In this document: positions 22,851 through 34,287 of the stretch, piece after piece | Layout of the letters: each line of letters begins with the position of its first letter | Numbering within the stretch: position 1 is the first letter of the stretch | Origin: an uncultured delta proteobacterium | Lineage (GTDB): Bacteria; Myxococcota_A; UBA9160; SMWR01 | NCBI GenBank assembly: GCA_963832165.1 | Contig: CAWHTE010000007.1 | Location: 352,001-416,000, forward strand | Direction: 5' to 3' | DNA length: 64,000 bases | Position numbers and translations under genes: made by a program | Notes under the pieces: generated by a model | The model's database searches: none | Seen by the model: only the letters and a program-made list of their open reading frames with translations | Told to the model about the DNA's origin: nothing

Positions 22851-23459
22851 TCAGTCGAGTCCGAATCGCTCCTGCAGCGCGCCGAGCGCGCGCGCGGTCA
22901 CGGCCTCCGCGCTGCCCGACGCGTCGACGCGCACGAGGTAGGGGCGCTCGATCGCCGCGAAGATCGCCGCGACCTGCGTCAGGTACTCGCCGTGCTCGAA
23001 GCGCGGATCGGCCGCACCGCGCGCGCGCGTTCGCGCGAGGCCCTCGGCGGCGGGCAACTCGAACAGCAGCGCGGCGTCGGGCGCGGGGAACTCGGCCTCG
23101 CTGTCGGCGAGGATCCTGCGCCAGTCGAGGCCGCGCGCGCCCTGATAGGCGACGGTCGAGAGGAAGTAGCGGTCGGTGAGCACCCAGCGGCCCGCCGCGA
23201 GCGCGGGCTCGATCGTGCGCGCCACGTGCTCGCGCCGATCTTCCACGAACAGCGCGAGCTCGCGCTCGACGGACAGGTGATCGCCCCCGCGCAGCAGCGC
23301 GCGCAGGCGTTGCCCGGTCGGGGCGTCGCTGGGCTCGCGCGTCTGCACGACATCGCGGCCGCGCTCGCGCAGCGCCTGCGCGAGCCGCACCGCCTGCGTC
23401 GACTTGCCGCAGCCGTCGAGCCCTTCGAGCGCGACGAGCGTCCCCCGGTTCACGGCCAT
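22851..23459 (-). CDS. tmk: thymidylate kinase
   Basis: LEGLDGCGKSTQ, TREP, DRYFLSTVAYQG. Confidence 0.95.
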   Translation of the reverse strand: MAVNRGTLVALEGLDGCGKSTQAVRLAQALRERGRDVVQTREPSDAPTGQRLRALLRGGDHLSVERELALFVEDRREHVARTIEPALAAGRWVLTDRYFLSTVAYQGARGLDWRRILADSEAEFPAPDAALLFELPAAEGLARTRARGAADPRFEHGEYLTQVAAIFAAIERPYLVRVDASGSAEAVTARALGALQERFGLD

Positions 23460-23526
23460 CGCGTGGCGATCCGTTCACGCCCGGGGCCGAGTCGAGGCTG
23501 CGGTGCAACGGCACATCGCCCCAGCG

Positions 23527-23542
23527 TGGCATGCCGCTTGCT
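23527..23542 (+). promoter_or_regulatory. sigma54-like -24/-12 motif with no + strand gene downstream
   Basis: tggcatgccgcttgct matches TGGCA-N6-TTGCW with correct GG/GC spacing. Confidence 0.35.
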
Positions 23543-23702
23543 CCCGAGAAAGGCGCGCCGCAAGGCGTGCCCGCCAGCACCCCTCTAACGGGACCGGGGG
23601 TCGGCGGGTTCTCGGACGCCGGGCGGGGGCATTGGCATGCCGCGGGAATTCAAACGGGGTGAGGCCCGTGGCTGGCTCCCGCCCGGCGTTCAACCGAGGT
23701 GG

Positions 23703-24020
23703 CTAGATCTTGCCCTGGAGCATGAACGCGATCACGAGCCCGTAGATCGCGATCGACTCGATCAGCACCATGCCGAGGATGAAGTTGACGAACATCGCGC
23801 CCGCAGCGCCCGGATTGCGCGCGATGCCCGCGGTCGTGTTGCCCGCGGTGAGACCCTGGCCGATGCCGCAGCCGAGCCCCGCGAGGCCGACCGCGAGGCC
23901 CGCGCCGAGCGCATAGCCCCAGCTCGAGCCGCCATCGCCCGCGCCTTCCTGGGCCATCGCTGCGAGCGGCGCGATTACGAACATCAGGGTCCACAGAACG
24001 GTCGATCGAAACTTGCGCAT
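23703..24020 (-). CDS. atpE: ATP synthase F0 subunit c
   Basis: GLAGLGCGIGQG, ARNP, IESIAIY. Confidence 0.95.
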   Translation of the reverse strand: MRKFRSTVLWTLMFVIAPLAAMAQEGAGDGGSSWGYALGAGLAVGLAGLGCGIGQGLTAGNTTAGIARNPGAAGAMFVNFILGMVLIESIAIYGLVIAFMLQGKI

Positions 24021-24063
24021 GGATCCAGTCACTCCTTTGGTGGGTTGTGCGCGCGAGTCGCCG

Positions 24064-24780
24064 CTAGTGCGGCTCGTCGAGCGCGAGTCGGATGTAGATC
24101 ATCGTGAGCAGGGCGAATACGAACGCCTGCAGGAACGCGACGACGAGCCCGAGCCCCATGAACACGGCCGGCACCGCGATCGGCACCAGCGAGATCCAGA
24201 CCGCGACCACGGTGTGGTCGGCGAACATGTTCGCGAGCAAGCGCACGGCCAGCGTGACGATGCGCGCGAGGTCGAGCGGGATCTCGAGCACGAAGAAGAG
24301 CGGGGCGAGCAGCCGGAAGTGGACGTGGCGGCCGAAGATCTCGCGCTCGAAGAAGCTCGGCCCGAGGAACTTCACGACGTACTTCTGCTTGTGCTCGAGG
24401 ATCCCGATCACCGTGTAGAACACCCACGCGATGACCGCCCACGCGGCGGTGGTGTTGACGTCGCTCGTCGCACCCGCGAGCCCCGGGACCAGGCCCATCA
24501 GGTTCGAGATCAGGATGAAGAAGAACATCGTCCCGACGAGCGGGAAGTAGGTGCGCCACTTGGGGCCCATGTGCTCGCGCGCCATGCCCGAGAGCCATTC
24601 GACGAGCACCTCGAGCAGGTTGCGCACCGTGACGCCTTCGTCCGGGAGCACTCCGCCGTCGGAGGTCGCGATGCGCCGCCGCACCAGCACACCACCGAGC
24701 AGCAGCAACACGGCCGCCATCACGGCGGCCTGGATCACCCAGGGCACGTGGATGAGGTGCTCGAAGTCGTGGAAGATCAT
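24064..24780 (-). CDS. atpB: ATP synthase F0 subunit a
   Basis: SNLMGLVPG, LAVRLLANMFADH, LQAFVFALLTMIY. Confidence 0.95.
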   Translation of the reverse strand: MIFHDFEHLIHVPWVIQAAVMAAVLLLLGGVLVRRRIATSDGGVLPDEGVTVRNLLEVLVEWLSGMAREHMGPKWRTYFPLVGTMFFFILISNLMGLVPGLAGATSDVNTTAAWAVIAWVFYTVIGILEHKQKYVVKFLGPSFFEREIFGRHVHFRLLAPLFFVLEIPLDLARIVTLAVRLLANMFADHTVVAVWISLVPIAVPAVFMGLGLVVAFLQAFVFALLTMIYIRLALDEPH

Positions 24781-25223
24781 TCGTCGTCCTCGTCACTCGC
24801 TTCTCGCTCGCGCGCGAGCCACGGGTTCCAGCTCTCCCAGGCGGGATCATCGAGCGGGAGCGCCGGGGCGTTCGGATCGATCGCGGGACGGCTGCGCCAC
24901 GCAGCCCAGATCGAAGCGGGCATGATCAGCGAGAGCCCGATCACGAGGCCGACCGGGTGCGCGCCGAGCGCGAGCGCTCCGCCGATCCCGATCACGAGCA
25001 GGCCGAAGCGCAGCGCATAGAGACCCGTCCAGCCGCCGCCGCTCTTGATCTCGCCAAAGAACAGGAGCTGCGCCTGCTGGTGCAGCCCGCGGAAGTTCAC
25101 GGCCTCGAGCAGCGCGCCGAAGCCCAGGCTCAGCGCGAACAGGGGCGACACGAGCCACCACGCGGCGGCGGTTGCGCCCGCGGACAGCGCGAAGTTCAGG
25201 CGTTCGATGGGCTGGATCGTCAC
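24777..25223 (-). CDS. atpI: ATP synthase subunit I
   Basis: 4-TM protein immediately upstream of atpB; NF and LRF motifs. Confidence 0.75.
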   Translation of the reverse strand: MTIQPIERLNFALSAGATAAAWWLVSPLFALSLGFGALLEAVNFRGLHQQAQLLFFGEIKSGGGWTGLYALRFGLLVIGIGGALALGAHPVGLVIGLSLIMPASIWAAWRSRPAIDPNAPALPLDDPAWESWNPWLAREREASDEDDE

Positions 25224-25501
25224 GGTTTGGGATCGTCGTCGAGTTGTCGCAGCTGTTGGCCCAGCCGCAAGAGGCGCAGCACGAACGCGCCGAAACCGAT
25301 CGCGGCGCCCACGAGCAGGAGGATGGGTGTTGTGTCGAAGCGGCCGTCCAACCAGTACCCGCCGCCGATCGCGATCGGGATCGCCAGCACCGCTTCGAAC
25401 GCGCCTTGATAAGCCGCGACCCCGCGCCGCTGGACTGTCTGCTCGGGCGACGCCGGATCTTCGTTCGGAGGATCGGTGGGGTCTGTCGGAACGCGGCGCA
25501 T
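25220..25501 (-). CDS. atpZ: AtpZ/AtpI family protein
   Basis: GGGYWLDGRFDTTP..LLVG...GF motif; position in the operon; start uncertain. Confidence 0.8.
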   Translation of the reverse strand: MRRVPTDPTDPPNEDPASPEQTVQRRGVAAYQGAFEAVLAIPIAIGGGYWLDGRFDTTPILLLVGAAIGFGAFVLRLLRLGQQLRQLDDDPKP

Positions 25502-25544
25502 GCTAGCCAACGCCTCCGCGAGCCTCAACGCACTGCGGCAAGTC

Positions 25545-26864
25545 TCATGGACTTCGCTCGCCTTCGGCTCGCTGCGCGAAACTTGCGGCCCGAAATGCCG
25601 CGCGCGCAGCGGAGATCGTGGCGGCGATCTGGGCCGGACGGTGAGCGAGCGAGACGAAGCCCGCCTCGAAGGCCGAGGGCGCGAGATAGACGCCCGCGTC
25701 GAGCATCGCGGCGAAGAATCGGCGGAAGGCCGCCGCGTCGGCCTTCTTCGCATCCGCGAAGTTGCGCACGGGCCCCGCGTGGAAGAAGAAGCCGAACATC
25801 CCACCGATCGCGGCGGACGTGAACGGAACCCCGGCTTCGGCCGCCGCGGCCGCGAGACCGTCCGCGAGTGCCCGGCTCGTCTGCTCGAGCTGCGCGTAGA
25901 CGCGCGGCTTTGCGAGCCGGTCGAGCGTCGCGCAGCCGGCCGCCATCGCGAGCGGGTTGCCCGAGAGCGTCCCGGCCTGATAGACGGGCCCGTCGGGCGC
26001 CATGCGGTCGAGCAGCTCGGCCGGACCGCCGTACGCGGCCGCGGGCAGGCCCCCGCCCACCACCTTGCCGAGGCAGGTCAGATCGGGTGCCACGCCGAAG
26101 CGCTCCTGCGCGCCGCCGCGCGCGACGCGGAAGCCCGTCATCACCTCGTCGAAGATCAGGAGCGCGCCCGCGCGCGTGCACAGCTCGCGCAGCCCGGCGA
26201 GGAAGCCCGGCTCCGGCAGCACGAGGCCCATGTTGCCCGCAACCGGCTCGACGATCACGCACGCGATCTCGCGTCCCCAGCGCGTCATCGCATCCGACAC
26301 CGCGCCGAGATCGTTGTAGGGTGCGGTCACGGTGAGCTCGGTGAACGCCTCGGGCACGCCGGGCGAGCCCGGGATCCCCAGCGTCGCGACACCGCTGCCT
26401 GCGCCGACCAGCAGCGCGTCGGCGTGGCCGTGGTAGCAGCCCTCGAACTTGAGGATCCGCGGCCGACCCGTCACCGCGCGCGCGAGCCGCAGCGCGCTCA
26501 TCGTCGCCTCGGTGCCCGAGGAGACGAAGCGCACGCGCTCGATTCCGGGCACCGCGGCCACCACGCGCTGCGCGAGCGCGGTCTCGAGCTCGGTCGGCGC
26601 GCCGAAGCTCGTGCCGTGGCGCAGCGCCGCGCGCACCGCGCGCAGCACGTCCGGATCCGCGTGCCCGAGGATCATCGGGCCCCACGACCCCACGTAGTCG
26701 ATATACACGTTGCCGTCGGCGTCCCAGATCCGCGCGCCGCGCGCGCGCGAGATGAAGCGCGGCGTCGCGCCGACCGCCCCGAACGCGCGCACGGGGCTGT
26801 TCACGCCGCCCGGGATCACGCGCCGCGCGCGCTCGAACAGGCGCCGCGAGCGTCCCGTCTTCAC
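25545..26864 (-). CDS. hemL: glutamate-1-semialdehyde 2,1-aminomutase
   Basis: [45 protein letters not shown]; repeat-encoded C-terminus. Confidence 0.96.
   Translation of the reverse strand: MKTGRSRRLFERARRVIPGGVNSPVRAFGAVGATPRFISRARGARIWDADGNVYIDYVGSWGPMILGHADPDVLRAVRAALRHGTSFGAPTELETALAQRVVAAVPGIERVRFVSSGTEATMSALRLARAVTGRPRILKFEGCYHGHADALLVGAGSGVATLGIPGSPGVPEAFTELTVTAPYNDLGAVSDAMTRWGREIACVIVEPVAGNMGLVLPEPGFLAGLRELCTRAGALLIFDEVMTGFRVARGGAQERFGVAPDLTCLGKVVGGGLPAAAYGGPAELLDRMAPDGPVYQAGTLSGNPLAMAAGCATLDRLAKPRVYAQLEQTSRALADGLAAAAAEAGVPFTSAAIGGMFGFFFHAGPVRNFADAKKADAAAFRRFFAAMLDAGVYLAPSAFEAGFVSLAHRPAQIAATISAARAAFRAASFAQRAEGERSP
25549..25588 (-). repeat. dispersed repeat subtype A encoding the HemL C-terminus
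   Basis: 39/40 identical to the consensus; encodes [14 protein letters not shown] before the stop. Confidence 0.95.
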
Positions 26865-29373
26865 GCGGTGCCGCTGCCCGGCTCCGGGACGTCCCGCTCG
26901 GCCAGGCGCGCCATCGACACGATCTTCTCGTCGTCCGCGAGGTTCATGATCCGCACGCCCTGGGTCGCGCGGCCCATCGTGGAGATGCCCGCGACGCGCG
27001 CGCGCAGCACCTTGCCACCGTCCGTGATCAGCATGACCTCGTCGTCGTCGACCACCTGCGCCACCGACACGACCGGCCCGTTTCGCGCGGAGGTGCGGAT
27101 CGTGATGATGCCCATGCCACCGCGCCGCTGGACCCGGTAGTCCTCGAGCGGCGTGCGCTTGCCGTAGCCGCGCTCGGTCACCGTGAGCACGGTCGCGACG
27201 GGCGAGAGGATCTCCATTCCCACCACGCGGTCGCCCTCGCGCAGCATCATGCCGCGCACGCCACCCGCAGCGCGTCCCATCGCGCGCACCTGCTCTTCGG
27301 GGAAGCGGATCGACTTGCCGTCGCTCGTCGCGATGATCACCTCGTGGTGGCCGTTGGTGCGGCACGCGGCGATCAGCTCGTCGTCGTCGTCGAGTGTGAT
27401 CGCGATGATCCCGCCGCGGCGCGGGTTCGAGTACGCGTCGAGGCGCGTCTTCTTGATCACGCCCTTGCGCGTGCACAGAAGCACGTAGGCCTCTTCGTCG
27501 AACGCCCGCACGGGCAGGGTCGCGCGCACGCGCTCGCCGTCGGCGAGCTGGAGCACGTTCGCGAGCGATTTGCCGCGCGCCGCGCGCCCGAGCTGCGGCA
27601 GCTCGTGAACCTTGAGCCAGTGCGCGCGTCCGCGCGTGGTGAAGAACAGGATGTAGGCGTGGGTCGAGGCGATGAACAGGCGCTCGACGAAGTCCTCCTC
27701 GCGCGCCTCCATGCCCTTCACGCCCTTGCCGCCGCGGTGCTGCGCGCGGTACTCGGTGAGCGCGTTGCGCTTGATGTATCCGTGGTGGGACACGGTCACG
27801 ACCATGTCCTCCTCGACGATCAGGTCCTCGGTGGTCAGCCCCTCGACCGCCGCGGCCAGCTCGGTGCGCCGCTCGTCGCCGTACTGCTCGCGGATCTCGG
27901 CGAGCTCCTCGACCACCACCTCGCGGATCTTCTCGTCGCTCGCGAGCAGGGCCTTCAATTCCTCAATCTTTGCGCGCACCTCCGCGAGCTCGTCCAGCAC
28001 GCGCTGGCGCTCCATCGCGGTGAGCGAACGCAGTCGCATTTCGAGGATCGCGTTGGCCTGGCGCTCGGAGAGCTCGAAGCGGGTGATCAGCGCCGTGCGC
28101 GCAGCGCCCGTGTCGTCGGCTCCGCGGATGATCGAGATCACCTCGTCGAGGTGGTCGAGCGCGATCGCGAAGCCCTCGAGCAGGTGCGCGCGCGACTCGG
28201 CCTGCGCGAGGTCGTAGGTGGCGCGCCGCACCACCACCTCGCGCCGGAAGTCGATGAAGTGCTGGAGCGCCTCCTTGAGCGGCAGCGTCTGGGGCCGGCC
28301 GTTCACGAGCGCGAGCAGGTTCACGCCGAAGGTGGTCTGCAGCGGCGTCTGCTTGTAGAGCTGGTTCAGCACCACGTCGCCGGGCGCGTCCTTCTTGAGC
28401 TCGATCACGACGCGCATGCCTTCGCGATTGCTCTCGTCGCGCAGGTCGCCGACGCCGTCGATCTTGCCCTCGCGCGCGAGCTCGGCGATCCGCTCGAGCA
28501 TCGACGACTTGTTGACCATGAAAGGGATCTCGGTCACGACGATCCGCTCGCCGCGCTTGGTCGTCTCCATCTCGGCGCGCGCGCGCACGGTGAGCAGACC
28601 GCGGCCCGTCGCGTAGGCGGAGCGAATCCCCTCGTGGCCGCAGATGATCGCGCCGGTCGGGAAATCGGGTCCGGGCATCTTCTCGAGCAGGTCGTCGAGC
28701 GTGCAACCGGGGTTGCGCACGACGAGCGTGATCGCGTCGATCAGCTCGCGCAGATTGTGCGGCGGCACGTTGGTGGCCATGCCCACCGCGATCCCCGAGG
28801 AGCCGTTCGCGAGCAGGTTCGGGAAGCGCGACGGCAGCACCACCGGCTCCATCATGCCGCCGTCGAAGTTCGGCACGAAGTCGACCGTCTCGCGGTCGAT
28901 GTCGCGCAGCATCTCCTCGGCGAGCCGCGTGAGGCGCGCCTCGGTGTAGCGGTAGGCGGCCGCCGGATCGCCGTCGATCGAGCCGTAGTTGCCCTGGCCG
29001 TCGACGAGCGGGTAGCGGAGCGAGAAGTCCTGGGCCATCCGCACCATCGAGTCGTAGACGGCGCTGTCTCCGTGCGGGTGGTAGTGCTTGAGCACCTCGC
29101 CGACCACGCCGGCCGACTTCGAGTAGCCGCGCGTCGAGAGCAGCCCTTCCTGCTGCATCGCGTACAGGATCCGCCGATGCACGGGCTTCAGGCCGTCGCG
29201 CACGTCGGGCAGCGCGCGGGAGACGATCACCGACATCGAGTAGTCGAGGAACGAGCGCCGGACCTCGTCCTCGATGTTCACGGGCGGCGAAAACGGCTCC
29301 GACGGCGCCCCCCGCCCGGCGGCGGGGGCTCGGGCGGCTGGGGCGGGGGCGTGATCTCGATCCCGTCACTCAT
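26861..29373 (-). CDS. gyrA: DNA gyrase subunit A (one-base frameshift near the 5' end, likely assembly error)
   Basis: [32 protein letters not shown], GyrA box QHRGGKG; one extra G in the G6 run at about 29308-29313 joins ATG 29373 to the main ORF. Confidence 0.96.
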
Positions 29374-29376
29374 GCT

Positions 29377-29416
29377 GGTCTTCGCTCGCCTTCGGCTCGC
29401 TGCGCGAGACTTGCGG
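29377..29416 (-). repeat. dispersed repeat subtype A filling the gyrB-gyrA spacer
   Basis: 39/40 identical to the consensus; abuts the gyrB stop and ends 3 nt before the gyrA ATG. Confidence 0.95.
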
Positions 29417-31857
<2,441 letters not shown>

Positions 31858-32012
31858 ATCGCGGAGTTCCCAGGGCTGCGGCGGCGGTGAGCCGCGCGGG
31901 GGAGCGGGGCGGCCCCGAAGTTCGTGGGCCGGCCGGAGAGTAACGGAAGCCTAACCCGGGGTAAAGGCTCTAACTATTCGAATTGACAGGGAGAATCAAG
32001 CGCGAGCCACGC

Positions 32013-33136
32013 TCAGAGCCGCATCGGCATTACGACCGCGAGCGCGTCGCGTCGTCGCTGGGCGAGAGCTCTGCGGGCGACAGCGCGTCGCGGAACCCGA
32101 AGCGGATTTCCTTGCTGCGCGCGGCCGAGACGGCGTCGATCAGATAGCGCGCGTTGAAGGCGATGCTCGTGGTCTCGCCCGCGTAGTCGACGTCGAGCTC
32201 CTCGCGCGCATCGCCGAGATCGGGATTGTTCGACGACAGCCGCATCTGGCCCTCGGAGAGTTCGAGCTTCACCGCTCTGCTGCGCTCGGCCGACAGCAGT
32301 GCGACGCGGCGCAGCGCGTGCGTGAACACCTCGGTCGGCAGCGTGAGCTGCTGACCGTGCTCACTCGGGATCACCTGGCGGTAGTTCGGGAACTCACCCT
32401 CGATCAGGCGCATCGTGAGCGTGACGGTGCCCTTGCGCGCGAGACCGTTGTTGCCCTCGAAGCCGATCTCGATCTCGTCGGCGTCTTCCTCGTCGACGAG
32501 CTTCTTGAGCTCGGCGAGGCCCTTGCGCGGGATGATCACGCCCGCGTCCGCGAGCGAAGTGAGGCTCTCGCCGAGTGCGCGGTCGACGTAGGCGAGGCGA
32601 TGACCATCCGTGGCCACCATGCGCAGCTTGCCGGTCTCGGCGATCCGCTCGACGAAGACGCCGTTCAGGTTGTAGCGGGTCTCGTCGGTCGAGGCCGCGT
32701 ACATCGTGCGCTCGATCATCTCGGACAGCACCGCCGCGGGAACCGTCGCGAGTGATTTGGGCGCGAAGTTCGGCAGGCTCGGGTATTCCTCGGCGGTGGT
32801 TCCCGCCAGCGTGAACTCGGCACGCGCACAGCGCAGCGTCAGATAGGCGTTGCTCGAGGCCTCGAGGTGCACCTTCTCGTCGGGAAGCTCGCGCACGATC
32901 TCGTGCAGCTTGCGCGCGGAGACCGTGAGGCGACCGGCTTTCGCGACCTCGCACGCATGCGAGCTGCGGATACCCACTTCGAGGTCGGTTGCGGCGAGCT
33001 CGAGCGAACCGTCCTTCTTGCCAGTCACCTCGAGCAACGCGTTGGCCAGGATCGGCATCGTGTTGCGCTTCTCGACGATCGACTGGATCCGGCCGAGGCC
33101 GCGCTGGAACTCGCTCTTCTCGATCGTGAACTTCAT
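32013..33136 (-). CDS. dnaN: DNA polymerase III beta clamp (frameshift near the 3' end)
   Basis: ATDLEV, STDETRYNLNG, VATDGHRL, LIEGEFPNY; canonical end VVMPMRL lies in another frame after about 32050. Confidence 0.95.
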
Positions 33137-33139
33137 GGC

Positions 33140-33310
33140 TGGTCTTTCCTTGCCAGAGAGCTGTGTTTCTTTCTTCTCTGGTGCTTTCTCGACCTTCAAC
33201 AGTAGTAGGAAGAAGGGTGCGCCGGAGGACAGAACTCAGTCAACGCACCGACGGCGCACGGACTTCTAGGCTCGCCGGGGAGCCCGAACGATCTGTGCAG
33301 AACCCCCCGA
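33140..33310. other. candidate oriC-like segment (A/T-richer stretch plus DnaA-trio-like run)
   Basis: caa cag tag tag gaa gaa at 33197-33214 followed by a GC-rich spacer; only degenerate DnaA boxes (e.g. tgtgcagaa at about 33294). Confidence 0.35.
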
Positions 33311-33521
33311 ACGGGAGTGATCCTCTGCGCAGATCACTCCGTCGAGGCGATGGTACCACGCGAGTCGTGCCGGAGATTCGATTTCGCGTCGCAGATTGCA
33401 TGCGAATCCGATCGGTTGACATGCACTCGGAGCCGCGGCAACGTTGCCGCCTCCCGCGTACCGGGCTCGCTGTGGCCGTAGGCCTCCAGCGCTTCACCGG
33501 CTGACTCCAAGGTCCGTACTC

Positions 33522-33678
33522 ATGAAGCGCACCTATCAACCGAGCCGGATCCGGCGCCGTCGTGTCCATGGCTTCCGCTGCGCGGATGAAGACACAGGGC
33601 GGCCGACTCGTGCTCAAACGTCGCCGCGCCAAGGGACGGAAGCGGCTCACTCCGTCGACTCCGTCGAAGCGAGGGTGA
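33522..33678 (+). CDS. rpmH: 50S ribosomal protein L34 (one-base frameshift)
   Basis: MKRTYQPSRIRRRRVHGFR, then ARMKTQGGRLVLKRRRAKGRKRL in the next frame after about 33579. Confidence 0.93.
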
Positions 33679-34025
33679 TCCCTCCGACCGGACCGTTCCC
33701 CCGGGAGGTACGGATCCGGCGATCGCGCGAGTTTCGGGAGATGAGCAATCAGGGACGGCGCCAGAGCTCGGCGGCGTTCGTGATGCTCGTGGGCGCCACG
33801 CGTGAAGACGCGCACGCCCGGCTCGGTGTCACGGTCGGGCGCAAGGTCGGGAACGCGGTGGTGAGAAACCGCGTGAAACGGCGAATTCGCGAGTGGTTCC
33901 GGCGCGAGGGCCAGGAGCTCCTGTCGGGACGCGACCTCGTGGTGATCGCGCGCGGTCAGTCGGCGAACCTCACGGGAAACGGGGTGTTCGCCGAGCTGAG
34001 CCGGGTCGCGCAGGGCGTCCGGTGA
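33675..34025 (+). CDS. rnpA: ribonuclease P protein component
   Basis: [28 protein letters not shown]. Confidence 0.93.
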   Translation: MIPPTGPFPREVRIRRSREFREMSNQGRRQSSAAFVMLVGATREDAHARLGVTVGRKVGNAVVRNRVKRRIREWFRREGQELLSGRDLVVIARGQSANLTGNGVFAELSRVAQGVR

Positions 34026-34279
34026 GTGCAGAGGTCCATTTGCCCCACCCGAGCGCGCCGACGCATGGGCTGCGCCGGGCGATCGTCGCCGTGATCCGCA
34101 TCTATCAGCTCGTGCTGTCGCCCTTGATCGGGCCCGCGTGCCGTTTCGAGCCGAGCTGCTCGGCGTACGCGAGCGAGGCGATCGCGCGTCACGGCGTGAT
34201 CCGGGGCGTCCGGCTCGCTCTGACGCGCATCGGACGCTGCCATCCCTGGGGCGGCTTCGGCTACGACCCGGTGCCCTGA
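34022..34279 (+). CDS. yidD: membrane protein insertion efficiency factor
   Basis: [31 protein letters not shown]. Confidence 0.95.
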   Translation: MSAEVHLPHPSAPTHGLRRAIVAVIRIYQLVLSPLIGPACRFEPSCSAYASEAIARHGVIRGVRLALTRIGRCHPWGGFGYDPVP

Positions 34280-34287
34280 GGGACGAC

